Below are positions 20,513 through 30,513 of a stretch of 64,000 bases of DNA, in pieces (positions within the stretch are counted from its first letter, which is position 1; each line of letters opens with the position of its first letter). Source of the stretch: Gemmatimonadota bacterium (GTDB taxonomy: Bacteria; Gemmatimonadota; Gemmatimonadetes; Gemmatimonadales; GWC2-71-9); NCBI GenBank assembly GCA_036679645.1, contig JAZDCY010000011.1:32001-96000 (forward strand), given 5' to 3'. A model generated the notes under the pieces. That model worked only from the letters and a program-made list of their open reading frames with translations, was not told the origin of the DNA and made no database searches. The position numbers and the translations under genes are program-made.

Positions 20513-21127
20513 TCAGTGCTGTTCGGTCATGATGTAGGCCCGCGTGATCACGGGAGGCTCGGTTGGGAAATGCGGGTACGTGCGGCGGCGTACGGTGGGG
20601 ACACGGGCAATGGAGTCCATCACGCTCAATCCCTCGATCACCCGACCGAACACCGCATACCCCCAGCCCGTGGCGGTGGACGCCGTGTAATCGAGTTTGG
20701 CGTTGTCGACGAGGTTGAAGAAGAACTGACTCGTTGCACTATGCGGATCACCTCCGCGCGCCATCGCCACCGTGCCGCGCAGGTTGTGCAGGCCGTTGGC
20801 CGCCTCGTTCTCGATCGGGAACACCGGACTGATGCGCTTGCGCCCTTCGGTATCCACCTCGCCCACCTGGGCGACGAACCCAGACTCGATGCGATGAAAC
20901 ACGACGCCATCATAGAAGCCCGACCGGACGTGCAGCAGGAAGTTCTCAACCGATACGGGCGCGCGCTCGTTGTCCAGCTCGATTACGATCCGGCCGAGCG
21001 TCGTCTCCATGACAACCGTGTCCGCCGCGACCACATCGACGGCGAGTTCATCCGAACCAGATTCCTCGCCCGTGCACGCCACGACGACCGCAAGGGCGGT
21101 GAACCAGTATCTGTGATCACGTCTCAT
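20513..21127 (-). CDS. Cyclophilin-type peptidyl-prolyl isomerase, probable lipoprotein
   Basis: FYDGVVFHRI, RGTVAMAR, SATSQFFFNL, GYAVFGRV; VVAC lipobox. Confidence 0.9.
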   Translation of the reverse strand: MRRDHRYWFTALAVVVACTGEESGSDELAVDVVAADTVVMETTLGRIVIELDNERAPVSVENFLLHVRSGFYDGVVFHRIESGFVAQVGEVDTEGRKRISPVFPIENEAANGLHNLRGTVAMARGGDPHSATSQFFFNLVDNAKLDYTASTATGWGYAVFGRVIEGLSVMDSIARVPTVRRRTYPHFPTEPPVITRAYIMTEQH

Positions 21128-21636
21128 CGGTTCTCCAGCGATTCGCTGCGCTCACGCACGTCTTCCGAGGTAAGTCCATAGAGCGGTGGGGTGGCCACCC
21201 CGATCATGCCGAGCATCAGGTAGATCTGTCCCCGATGGTGCACTTCGTGCTCCACCATGGCGCGAAGCCACTTCCAGGCCGCCATGCGCGCCCCCGCCGG
21301 TGTGGCGATCTCCGCATCGAGCCCATCGTCACCCATGTCGCCGATAATCTCCACGGAGTCGGCGTGCATCTTGTCGAAGTACTCCAGCACCACCTCGTAG
21401 CCGTCCGCCAGAGCGCGACCATGCCCAGGGTAGCGGCTCGCGCGGCCGGCGACGTTCTCCGCAAACATCCATCGTTCCAGCGCGGCCAGATGGCGCACAG
21501 TGTCACCCAAGGTGAAGGCGCCGGCGCGGTGTGTCCACTCGAGCTTATCAGGAGGTATGCACGTGACTACCCGGCGTGTCCGGCTGCGAATCCGTTCGTA
21601 GTATGTCAGAAAACGCTCGACCGAACGAATCTCCAT
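21124..21636 (-). CDS. DinB family protein
   Basis: HLAALE and EHEVHHRGQ metal-binding histidines. Confidence 0.85.
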   Translation of the reverse strand: MEIRSVERFLTYYERIRSRTRRVVTCIPPDKLEWTHRAGAFTLGDTVRHLAALERWMFAENVAGRASRYPGHGRALADGYEVVLEYFDKMHADSVEIIGDMGDDGLDAEIATPAGARMAAWKWLRAMVEHEVHHRGQIYLMLGMIGVATPPLYGLTSEDVRERSESLENR

Positions 21637-21749
21637 CAGACGCCTCCGGCTGGCACCGCGTCGTTCTGGGTATGTACAGCGTAGAGGTGGGAGCGAACCT
21701 TGGCGTCAGATAGCTGCTGGGCGTCGCGCACGGGGAATCTCGTGACGGT

Positions 21750-22961
21750 TCAGTCCAGCGACTCGAGGAACTCCTTCACGACTCGCGTCACGTTGACGGG
21801 TTGCTCCATAGGCGCGAGATGACCGGCGTCCGGCATCACCGAGAACTGCGCATGGGGAATGGCCTCGGCCATCGTCCGAGCCTCTGCTGCCGGCACGATC
21901 TGATCGTCGCTCCCCGCCATCACCAGGGTGGGCACGTCGATCCCGGACAGGGTCGGCGTGGAATCGGGTCGGTCGCGCACCGCGGTAAGCGCGCCGGCCA
22001 CTCCGTCGGCCACCTGATTTGTGATCATGTTGCGCACGTGCTCGACGACGTCCGGCATGGTTTGCCGGGTCGCGGGAGCCAGCAGCTTGGGCAGCATCTC
22101 CGCCGCGAGAAACGTCGGGCCGTCGCGTCGCACCCGTGCAAGGGTCGCGTCACGCTTCGCCCGGCCCTCCGGGTCGTCTGGGGTGGCGCGCGTGTTCATG
22201 AGTATCAAGGCCCGGACGCGATTGCTGTAACGGCGCACCATGTCGAACGCGACATACCCGCCCATCGAAATCCCACACACGACCGCTCGCTCTATATGCA
22301 GCGTGTCCAGCAACGCAATCAGATCGTCCGCGTATACGCCGATCGAGTACCCTTCTTCCGGTACTTCCGTCAGACCGAACCCGCGCAAGTCCACGGCAAT
22401 CCGCCGCCATCCGGTGAGTTTCCCCGACACCTGTCGCCACATCGTCCGGTCGAGTGGGAATCCATGCACGAGAAGCACCGCGACACCATCGCCGGACACA
22501 TCGACAGCCGTGGCGAGTCCGTTGACCGAAAGGTGTTGCGTGACACCCGTCCGCCGGGAAGGCCTGCCGCCAAAGAGTGCGGTGATCTCTTCGGGCACGG
22601 CTCGTGGTTTCCCGTCGCTGTCGACGCAGACGAAGACCAACTCCGCCTCGGCCGCGGGCCGGGAGCCATTCTCCTTGCGAGCCGACTGGCGGAGCGTGAA
22701 ACTAGTCTGCCCCTTCTGAGCCCACTCGATCGAGAAGTGCAGCCGGTCCCCGGGAAACACCTGCTCGTAGTACTCAATGGTCGTCTTTCGCACGACCGGT
22801 TGCACGTGGTTCCGTGCGAACACTTCCATGCCCGGACCTCGGGCAACCGCGTCCCACCGGGCGCGTTCGAAGAGTGCGAGAAAGCTCGCCTGATTCAGGT
22901 GGCCGAAGGCGTCGCAGTCGTCCGGGTAGACCGTAAACGCGGTGGATGGAGTTTCAGTCAC
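21750..22961 (-). CDS. Hotdog acyl-CoA thioesterase fused to an alpha/beta hydrolase
   Basis: DCDAFGHLNQ...ERAR (4HBT/YbgC-like), then HGFP, GISMGG, D...AGH triad. Confidence 0.82.
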   Translation of the reverse strand: MTETPSTAFTVYPDDCDAFGHLNQASFLALFERARWDAVARGPGMEVFARNHVQPVVRKTTIEYYEQVFPGDRLHFSIEWAQKGQTSFTLRQSARKENGSRPAAEAELVFVCVDSDGKPRAVPEEITALFGGRPSRRTGVTQHLSVNGLATAVDVSGDGVAVLLVHGFPLDRTMWRQVSGKLTGWRRIAVDLRGFGLTEVPEEGYSIGVYADDLIALLDTLHIERAVVCGISMGGYVAFDMVRRYSNRVRALILMNTRATPDDPEGRAKRDATLARVRRDGPTFLAAEMLPKLLAPATRQTMPDVVEHVRNMITNQVADGVAGALTAVRDRPDSTPTLSGIDVPTLVMAGSDDQIVPAAEARTMAEAIPHAQFSVMPDAGHLAPMEQPVNVTRVVKEFLESLD

Positions 22962-23024
22962 GGCATGAAAGGTAGCCGACGGTCGTCGTCCCGTCTCCCT
23001 TGGCAGACCGGGGGACATCTGGCG

Positions 23025-24200
23025 ATGATTCCGGCCAGCATGCCCACTCGATCTTCGTCCGCCGACCACCCGGCCATCGTCACGGACAGGGACGCCCTCG
23101 TGGCCCTGGTGAACCGGCTCAAACGCAAGCAGCGCATAGCCTTAGATACCGAGGCCGCGTCGTTTCACCGCTACGTTGACCGGGTCTATCTGGTGCAGGT
23201 CAGCTCGGATGACGAGACCGCGCTCATCGATCCCCTCGCGTTCGACGACCTGAGTCCGCTTGGGGATCTCCTGGCCGATCCCAAACTGGAGACGATCTTC
23301 CACGATGCGGACTACGACCTGCGGATCCTGCATCGCGACTACGGGTTCAGTGCCCGGCGCGTGTGGGACACGCGTATCGCGGCCCAGTTCGTGGACGAGC
23401 CGGGTGTCGGCTTGGGACCGTTGCTCGAGCGTCACTTCGGCATCACGCTGAGCAAGAAGCTGCAGCGTGCGGACTGGTCCCGCCGGCCACTGACACCGGC
23501 GATGATCGCGTACGCAGCCGCCGACACCGCTCACCTCCCGGCGTTGCGTGATCATCTGGAGCGCGAGCTGCGCACGCGGAAGCGACTGCCTTGGGCGGAA
23601 GAGGAGTTTGGGCGGCTCGAAGCGGTCCAGTGGACCCCACCATCCGAAACTCAGCAGTTTCTCCGGATCAAAGGAGCAAAGGCGCTCCCGGGGCATCAAC
23701 TGGCGATAGTGCGATCGATCTGGGAATGGCGAGAGCGCACAGCCGCCGCGATGGACCGAGCGCCGTTCCGCATCCTGGCAAATCAGTTGATCGTGGCGAC
23801 TGCGCGTACGGCCCCGACCAAACCCGGTGCGCTACGTCGCGTGGACGGGTTTCCCGAGAGTGTGGCCAAGCGCCACGGACGCGAAATCGTGGAGGCGGTG
23901 CTGGAGGGGAAGGCGACCCCGGAAAAAGACTGGCCTCGTGTGGAGCGGCGGCGTCGGGCAAAACCCGATCCCGCCGCCGACCGGCGATACCAGCGACTGC
24001 GGGAACTCCGCGCTATGAGGTCAGGCGAGACGGGACTGGAACCCGGCCTCATGTGCCCCAACGGAACGCTGCTGGCGATCGCGCGCGTCGGCCCCACCGG
24101 CGCAGCCGATCTCGACGGCATCAGCGAACTCCGCCGTTGGCAACGGGAGGTGCTCACGGACGCCGCGATCCTCCAGGCGGCGGGAGACGGGAAGGACTAG
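23025..24200 (+). CDS. rnd: Ribonuclease D (with HRDC domains)
   Basis: ALDTE, HDADYD, ADWSRRPL, YAAAD DEDDy motifs. The upstream part of the 799-aa ORF is an antisense shadow. Start is 23025 or 23040. Confidence 0.9.
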   Translation: MIPASMPTRSSSADHPAIVTDRDALVALVNRLKRKQRIALDTEAASFHRYVDRVYLVQVSSDDETALIDPLAFDDLSPLGDLLADPKLETIFHDADYDLRILHRDYGFSARRVWDTRIAAQFVDEPGVGLGPLLERHFGITLSKKLQRADWSRRPLTPAMIAYAAADTAHLPALRDHLERELRTRKRLPWAEEEFGRLEAVQWTPPSETQQFLRIKGAKALPGHQLAIVRSIWEWRERTAAAMDRAPFRILANQLIVATARTAPTKPGALRRVDGFPESVAKRHGREIVEAVLEGKATPEKDWPRVERRRRAKPDPAADRRYQRLRELRAMRSGETGLEPGLMCPNGTLLAIARVGPTGAADLDGISELRRWQREVLTDAAILQAAGDGKD

Positions 24201-24499
24201 AGCCCCAGAAACGCTCGCACCCGCGGATCGATGCGATCGGGCGTCCAGTACGGTTCCCAGACTATCTCAATCTTCACGTCCGTCACGCCGTCGAGCGCAC
24301 GGATAGCCTGCTCCACGTCGGCGAGGATCTCCGGCCCCGCCGGGCAGCCCGGCGAGGTCAGCGTCATCTTCACATCGACGACCTCCTGCTCAACTTCCAC
24401 GTCGTACACGAGGCCGAGGTCGATGATGTTCAAGTTGAGCTCGGGATCCTGGACACCACGAAGGCTCTTCCGAACGATCTCTTCAGTCAGGTCCGCCAT
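24197..24499 (-). CDS. Metal-sulfur cluster assembly factor (DUF59/SufT)
   Basis: DPELNLNIIDLGLVY, MTLTSPGCP, WEPYW; alternative GTG start at 24535. Confidence 0.9.
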   Translation of the reverse strand: MADLTEEIVRKSLRGVQDPELNLNIIDLGLVYDVEVEQEVVDVKMTLTSPGCPAGPEILADVEQAIRALDGVTDVKIEIVWEPYWTPDRIDPRVRAFLGL

Positions 24500-24628
24500 A
24501 GCCCCTCTTTCCCGCGTTGCGGGGTCAGGAGTCACCCTCGAAGCTAGTGGGAGCGGGTCCCTGCCGGCTACCCCGAAGAGTGCTGCGTTCGCTGCGGTAA
24601 GTGTCCAGAACCCCGTTCGGGCTGACGG

Positions 24629-25750
24629 CTAGCGACATCCGGTCTCGCGCCGGCACGCGCTCCACAGGCCGACCGCCGCATCGGCCACTTCACCCCGTAC
24701 ACGCTTGAGCCCGGAGATCGACCGTCGCGTGCGCGGGGCGTAGACGCGGTTCGTCAACACGATCACCAAGAGATCCCGTTCCGGATCGAGCCACATCGAC
24801 GTACCGGTGTAACCCGTGTGACCGTAAGACGCGGGCGAGAAGAGAGTGCCCGCATTATCGGCGCTCGTGGTGTCTCGCATTTCCCACCCGAGCGCCCGAT
24901 TGCCCGGCCCGCGCCTCGTGAACAGCGCCACGGTCCCGGTCCGAACCACTTGTTCTCCGCTCGCGCTGCGACCCTGTCGCAACATGAACTGCGCGAAGCG
25001 CGCGAGATCCCTGCCCGTGGAGTAGAGCCCCGCATGCCCCGATACCCCACCCAAGCGGACGGCATTCTGATCGTGGATCTCCCCAGCGATCGGGTGACCG
25101 CGCCACAGCCCGACCGGGACCGTGCGAGCGAGCGCGCTGCGTGGCGGGCGGAACCGCGTTTCCGTCATCCCGAGGGGTTCGAAGACGGCATGGGTCGCGA
25201 ACCGATCGAGTGGCTCGCCCGCCATCGCCTCTACGGTCCACCCGAGCAACATGCCGTTCAAGTCACTGTACACAACGCGCGCGCCGGGCTCCCACCGCAG
25301 CGCTTCCACCTCGACCAGCCGCCGCGCTTCCTCCGCATCCGACGCCAGCGTGTTGAGCGGCAGGAACGCACGCAGGCCCGAGCGATGTTCCAGCAGATGA
25401 CGTACGGTCACACGGTCCTTCCCCTCACCCACGAAACCGGTCACGTAATCCGACACCGGGCGACGAAGTGCAATACGGCCCCGATCGGCGAGCACCATCA
25501 CCGACGCGGTCGTCGCAACGACTTTCGTGAGTGATGCCAGATCGAAGAGCGTGCTGCCCGGGTCGGGAACGGTGCTGAGGGTGTCCCAGGTGAAGTGTCC
25601 GTATCCTCGGGCAAAAAGCACCGAATCGCTCGTGCCGACGACCACGACCGCAGCGGGGTAGATCCCCTCGGCAATCCCGCGGTTGACGGCCCGGTCGATG
25701 TCGTGGCCTACACCCTGGACGGTAAGCAGCGCTACGATCAGCCCGGTCAT
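24629..25750 (-). CDS. Serine hydrolase, beta-lactamase/AmpC-like family
   Basis: ASLTK (SxxK), YSD, GHTGYTG motifs. Confidence 0.88.
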   Translation of the reverse strand: MTGLIVALLTVQGVGHDIDRAVNRGIAEGIYPAAVVVVGTSDSVLFARGYGHFTWDTLSTVPDPGSTLFDLASLTKVVATTASVMVLADRGRIALRRPVSDYVTGFVGEGKDRVTVRHLLEHRSGLRAFLPLNTLASDAEEARRLVEVEALRWEPGARVVYSDLNGMLLGWTVEAMAGEPLDRFATHAVFEPLGMTETRFRPPRSALARTVPVGLWRGHPIAGEIHDQNAVRLGGVSGHAGLYSTGRDLARFAQFMLRQGRSASGEQVVRTGTVALFTRRGPGNRALGWEMRDTTSADNAGTLFSPASYGHTGYTGTSMWLDPERDLLVIVLTNRVYAPRTRRSISGLKRVRGEVADAAVGLWSACRRETGCR

Positions 25751-25801
25751 GTGTCTATGTTACCGAACATGCGGCGTCACGTGCCACCCGGAGTCTCGAC
25801 G

Positions 25802-27253
25802 ATGGTTCGCACAGCACACTGGATTCTTCTCACGCTGCTGGTCTTGCAGGGATGTGCTCCCCGGCGCCCGCCCCGACCGCAAACCGTCCGCGTTCGCAGT
25901 CCGATCGATACGCTGGCGCTCCGCGCCCACACTTACTTCCTCGCGAGCGACTTGCTCCTTGGACGTGGCACCGGAACACCGGGCGCGGAAGCGGCAGCAC
26001 TGTATATCATCAGTGCATGTCGACGCCAGGGACTCGAGCCGGTCGGCGGGCGGTACGCGCACCCAGTGTCTCTCGACCTCGTGCACATCCGCACCGCACA
26101 GAGTTCGGTCATCGTGGTCGGCCCAGGCTCCACTGAAGAGGCGTTCCCGGTCGGGGAAGAAGCCGTGTTCGCCGCCGGCTCGCGGACCGTGTTGCGGAGC
26201 TTCGCGGGTCCCGTAGTGTGGGTGGGATCGGGTGGCGAGATCACCGGGTCTCCCGACGAAATCCCGTCGTTGCGCGGCGCCATTGCCCTAACTGCCGGTA
26301 CCATTCGGCCGCGCGCCGCCCAAATCCTGCGAGACCGCGGAGCCGTGGGTGTCATCTACCTGATCGACGACGCCGAGACATTCCGGTTGTACGTCGCGAG
26401 CCGCGGGCCCGAGTTGATGGCGTTGTCCGACACGTTGGTCGCATCGTCCTTTCTTGCGCCCATTCCAAGTCTGATCGTAGGCCCGACCGCTGCACGCGCA
26501 CTTCTCTTGGCCGCGCATGCCGGGAGAGAAGCGCGGGTCCACGTCGAGGCCGACCGTCGCCCCATCCGATCGGACAACATCACGTGTGCGCTGCGCGGAA
26601 CGGATTCGGGGCTGCGCGACACCGCCATCGCGTTCACAGCCCACTACGATCACCTCGGCGTGAGTGTTCCGGACGCGGCCGGCGACTCGATCTATAACGG
26701 GTTCTCTGACAACGCCGTGGGAGTCGCGATGCTCCTCGCGATCGCCGAGGCCGCGCAGCGAGAGCCGCCGGGTGGGTTTCGACACACGCTGCTCTTTCTC
26801 TTCTTCACCGGGGAAGAACGGGGACTCCTCGGGTCCGACTACTTCGTCGCCAACGCGCCGTTTCCCCTCAACCGCATCCGCGCCGTGATCAACCTCGACG
26901 CGGGCGCACCGCCCGCGCGTCCTTGGAACTGGCGCATCGCCGGCGGTCAAGCGAACGCGTTGGGGTTGTTAGCCATGGACGTCGCGGCCAGTCGCGGGTG
27001 GTCGGCGACTACCTCCCCCGCCACTCCCAATTCGGATTACTTCCCCTTCGCACGGGTCGGCGTGCCGGCTGTCTTCATCATTCCCGGTTCTGCGCCGTAC
27101 GAGGGGCTTTCCGCCGACAGCTCGGCCGCCCTGCGCCGCCGTTGGGACCGCTACCACCAACCCGGCGACGCGTGGCACGAGGACTTCCCCTACGCCGGTG
27201 TGCAGCGTTACGCCGAGTTTGCGTATCTGTTGGCGAGGGCGATTGACAGATAG
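25802..27253 (+). CDS. M28 family peptidase, probable lipoprotein
   Basis: AHYDH, GFSDNAVG, GEERGLLGS, YHQPGD; LQGC lipobox; alternative in-frame ATG at 25769. Confidence 0.88.
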   Translation: MVRTAHWILLTLLVLQGCAPRRPPRPQTVRVRSPIDTLALRAHTYFLASDLLLGRGTGTPGAEAAALYIISACRRQGLEPVGGRYAHPVSLDLVHIRTAQSSVIVVGPGSTEEAFPVGEEAVFAAGSRTVLRSFAGPVVWVGSGGEITGSPDEIPSLRGAIALTAGTIRPRAAQILRDRGAVGVIYLIDDAETFRLYVASRGPELMALSDTLVASSFLAPIPSLIVGPTAARALLLAAHAGREARVHVEADRRPIRSDNITCALRGTDSGLRDTAIAFTAHYDHLGVSVPDAAGDSIYNGFSDNAVGVAMLLAIAEAAQREPPGGFRHTLLFLFFTGEERGLLGSDYFVANAPFPLNRIRAVINLDAGAPPARPWNWRIAGGQANALGLLAMDVAASRGWSATTSPATPNSDYFPFARVGVPAVFIIPGSAPYEGLSADSSAALRRRWDRYHQPGDAWHEDFPYAGVQRYAEFAYLLARAIDR

Positions 27254-27350
27254 ACGCACAGACGCACAGACGCTCAGGTGCTCAGGTGCTCAGACATGTG
27301 GCAATTGTGAGCTTCCATCTCCCACCCTGAGCACCTGAGCGTCTATCTGT
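27246..27350. repeat. 8-bp tandem repeats with an inverted copy between convergent genes
   Basis: ACAGATAG-ACGCACAG-ACGCACAG-ACGCTCAG-GTGCTCAG-GTGCTCAG ... CTGAGCAC-CTGAGCGT-CTATCTGT. Confidence 0.8.
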
Positions 27351-28080
27351 TCCCCAGTTTCAGCGAGCCCGGCGGTACTGAGTACAGCAACCGCGCCGTG
27401 TGGCGGTCGCGTTGCGTGATGTCGTGCACTTCGGTGGAGGGGAACATCACGTCGTCGGGGTCGTCTGAGTGGCCGAGTCCCAGCAGATGGCCAATTTCGT
27501 GGAGTGCTACCGTACCGACGGCCTCATCGGTGAGTTCGATGCCACTCGATGTATGTGTGGCGAGCGTGAGCTGCGCGCGCACGATCCACCCACCGTGCTG
27601 CCAGGTGACGTCTGCTTGGCCCGCCCGCCGGATATCGAATCGATCGATCCACGACACGGTCACCTCGGCGGACGCCGAGTCGCTGACGAAGGCGAACCGC
27701 ACCGGAATGGCACCGACACGTTCCCACCGGACGAACGCCGCGCGCGCCGCGTCGCGTAGGTCCCGGGAATAGCCGGGCACCCGTCCGTCGGGCAGGTAGA
27801 CCGCGATGGGCCGGGCCATTCGTTCGGGCCAGCGGCGCAGGATCGAATCGCCATCGGCCAGCATCTGGGGCAAGTACGTTCCGGGACCCGCTATGTGCCG
27901 GAGCACAGCCTGCCGCACCGCCCCCGCGGAATCCGCGTTGAGTGCCCCGCCAAGCGTCTGCGCATCGTCTGGCACCTCTCCCTCACGGCCCCTACCGAGG
28001 CGCCCGCGGGCCAGATCGACCAGCAACCAAGCCGTGGCGACGATCAACACGATCCTCAGGCCGGCGAGCAATACGCGCAT
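27343..28080 (-). CDS. Matrixin family (metzincin) metalloprotease
   Basis: HEIGHLLGLGHS zinc motif and VMFP Met-turn; N-terminal TM segment. Confidence 0.85.
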   Translation of the reverse strand: MRVLLAGLRIVLIVATAWLLVDLARGRLGRGREGEVPDDAQTLGGALNADSAGAVRQAVLRHIAGPGTYLPQMLADGDSILRRWPERMARPIAVYLPDGRVPGYSRDLRDAARAAFVRWERVGAIPVRFAFVSDSASAEVTVSWIDRFDIRRAGQADVTWQHGGWIVRAQLTLATHTSSGIELTDEAVGTVALHEIGHLLGLGHSDDPDDVMFPSTEVHDITQRDRHTARLLYSVPPGSLKLGNR

Positions 28081-28227
28081 ATGCACAATATGCCCGCCGG
28101 TCCACTGGCAACGCCATAACGGCATGCTGGCGGAGCACCCCCGAGCCGTCTATCATTCGGCCCCGTCGTGGCTTAGCTGCCGACCCCAGGACGGTTACCC
28201 CGTCCCAGTCCCTGCGGAGGTCGTTGA

Positions 28228-30513
28228 GTGATCGCGTTGCCCGCGCGCGCCATCATCAGGTTTCGGGTCCTCGTCATCGTCTTCTGGCTCGCCGTCGCCG
28301 CGTTCGCCATTCCGCGGGCGTCACGCGTACACGAGGTCCTGAACGTCGAAGGTCGGTCGGTGGAGACTACGGAGTCGGACGTCGCCACCAGCCTCATTCG
28401 GCGCACGTTCCGGCAGCCGTTCACCCACTTCTTTGCCGTCACCGTCCAGGGACCGGTACCGCTCGAGGATCCGGCGTTCCAGAACGTGCTCAGGGTGTTG
28501 ACCGGAGCCGCCGAGCGGGAGCCGTTTATTAGCGCGGTCGTCTCCGCGCTGACCACGGATGACTCCACGTTCGCGAGCCCTGACCGACACAGCACGTTCT
28601 TTGTCGCCGCTGTCGCAAACGCCCACGCCGACAGCTCTACGGACCTCGTGCCCAGGTTCCGCGAGGCCATTCACGGCGCGGCCGCCCGGCTCCCCAACCG
28701 AGACGACTACACGGTGGCAGTCACGGGACAACCCGCGCTCGACTACGATATCCGTACGGTGAGCAAGGAGGATGCGGACTGGGCCGAGGCCCGGGCGCTT
28801 CCGCTCGCGGCAATCGTGTTGGTCGTCGCGTTCGGCGCACTGGTCGCCGCCGTCCTTCCAATCGTTGTGGGGGTGTTCGCGATCACATGTTCGCTCGCAT
28901 TGGTACATGTCGCCGCCAGCGTTCACCCCATGTCGGTGTTTGTCCTGAACATCCTGACGATGATCGGACTCGGCGTGGGTATCGACTATTCCCTGCTCAT
29001 CGTTACGCGGTTCCGGGAAGAGTTGAACCGCGGGCTGCGGCGCAGCGACGCCGCCATCCGGACGGTGCAGACAGCGGGGAGCGCGGTCGTGACGAGCGGG
29101 CTCACGGTCGTGGTCGGGTTCGCGGCGCTCTTCATCACGCCACTGATGGAGACGCGATCCGTCGCAATTGGCGGGGTGATAGTCGTGAGCGTGGCGGTCC
29201 TCCTCTCGGTCACCCTGCTACCCTGCGTGCTTGCCTTTCTCGGTCGCGCTATCGACATCCCTCGTGGGCTGGCGCGCAAGCTCGCGTGGTATCACGCCCC
29301 CACCGGATGGGAGCGATGGGCACGGTGGCTAGGAAGCCACCCGTGGAGGGCCCTCGTGATTGGGCTCGTCGTGGGTATCACCATCACCTGGCCCATCACG
29401 CACATCGAGATCGGTCTCCCGCGCTCCGGGTGGTTCCCTGCCAATACCGAGTCGACGGCCGGCGTCGATGCTCTCGAGGAGATCGGCGCGAGTGGGGCAC
29501 TCCTCCCCATCAGGATTCTGGTAAGGGCTCCCGAGGGCCGGAAGATCGTTGGCTCGCGGTACCTGAGCGGTCTGCGGCGGCTCGCCGATTCCATCAGCCG
29601 GGATCCGCGCGTGAAACAGGTGCGTGGGGCCGTGATGCTGCAACCGCGGCTGTCGACGCTGCAGTACTCGATGCTGTACAGCAACATCCCACGAGCACGC
29701 GAGCGGTACCCCGATCTTCTAGCAACGTATCTCTCCGAGGACGCCAGCGTCACGCGAATCGATGTGTTCCTCACCGATAGCACCTCTCTCACGGGCTCCA
29801 TGGATCTCGTGCGCGATATCCGCACGATACGCGACACCGGTGTCCGCGGACTCGATTCGGTTGAGATTCTCGTGGGAGGTTTCCAGGCGGCGAGCGTCGA
29901 TCTCCAGCATCAGATGCTCGCGCGCTTCCCGCTTCTCATTGCCGTCGTTCTCGTGGTCACCGCCGTTGCCCTCTTCATCGCTTTCCAATCGGTCCTCGTA
30001 CCGATCAAAGCTGTACTCATGAACCTGCTGTCGGTGGGCGGCGCGTTCGGGCTCATAGTGCTCGTTTTCCAATTCGGCGTCGGCGTGGAGTTGTTCGGAC
30101 TCAGCGAGCCAACGGGGGCCATCTACGTCGTGGTACCCGTTTTCGTTTTTGCCGTCGTCTTTGGCCTGAGTATGGACTACGAGGTCTTCCTACTCGCGCG
30201 CATCAAGGAGGCATTCGACCGTTCGGGTCGAAACAGTCAGGCGACCATGGAGGGATTGAGCGCGACGGCATCGGTAATCACGAGTGCCGCGGCCATCATG
30301 ATCATCGTGTTCGGGACATTCAGTTTTTCGCGTGTGCTTGCGGTGCAGCTCACAGGCTTCGGATTGGCCGTGGCGGTGTTCCTCGATGCGACCCTGATCC
30401 GGATGGTGCTCGTACCGTCGTTCATGCACATAGCCGGACGTTGGAACTGGTGGCCCGGCGTCAAACCAAAGCCGGTGTCGTCGGGCTCACCCGGGGACGG
30501 TTCCGCGAACTAG
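28228..30513 (+). CDS. MMPL family transporter
   Basis: GLGVGIDYSL, FGLSMDYEVF, DATLIR, RWNWWP; two membrane repeats. Confidence 0.92.
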   Translation: MIALPARAIIRFRVLVIVFWLAVAAFAIPRASRVHEVLNVEGRSVETTESDVATSLIRRTFRQPFTHFFAVTVQGPVPLEDPAFQNVLRVLTGAAEREPFISAVVSALTTDDSTFASPDRHSTFFVAAVANAHADSSTDLVPRFREAIHGAAARLPNRDDYTVAVTGQPALDYDIRTVSKEDADWAEARALPLAAIVLVVAFGALVAAVLPIVVGVFAITCSLALVHVAASVHPMSVFVLNILTMIGLGVGIDYSLLIVTRFREELNRGLRRSDAAIRTVQTAGSAVVTSGLTVVVGFAALFITPLMETRSVAIGGVIVVSVAVLLSVTLLPCVLAFLGRAIDIPRGLARKLAWYHAPTGWERWARWLGSHPWRALVIGLVVGITITWPITHIEIGLPRSGWFPANTESTAGVDALEEIGASGALLPIRILVRAPEGRKIVGSRYLSGLRRLADSISRDPRVKQVRGAVMLQPRLSTLQYSMLYSNIPRARERYPDLLATYLSEDASVTRIDVFLTDSTSLTGSMDLVRDIRTIRDTGVRGLDSVEILVGGFQAASVDLQHQMLARFPLLIAVVLVVTAVALFIAFQSVLVPIKAVLMNLLSVGGAFGLIVLVFQFGVGVELFGLSEPTGAIYVVVPVFVFAVVFGLSMDYEVFLLARIKEAFDRSGRNSQATMEGLSATASVITSAAAIMIIVFGTFSFSRVLAVQLTGFGLAVAVFLDATLIRMVLVPSFMHIAGRWNWWPGVKPKPVSSGSPGDGSAN

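Noticed and set aside
21801..23024. Apparent 400-aa N-terminal extension of RNase D
   Set aside because: Antisense to the thioesterase-hydrolase gene; RNase D motifs begin only after about 23040.
24500..24628. GC-rich intergenic stretch as SRP RNA or riboswitch, or stop read-through joining the serine hydrolase to DUF59
   Set aside because: Lacks the SRP domain IV motif and any riboswitch core I recognise. The open frame is likely chance, and a -10-like TAGCTT explains the region.
27246..27350. Possible CRISPR array
   Set aside because: 8-bp units with no spacers and no cas genes.
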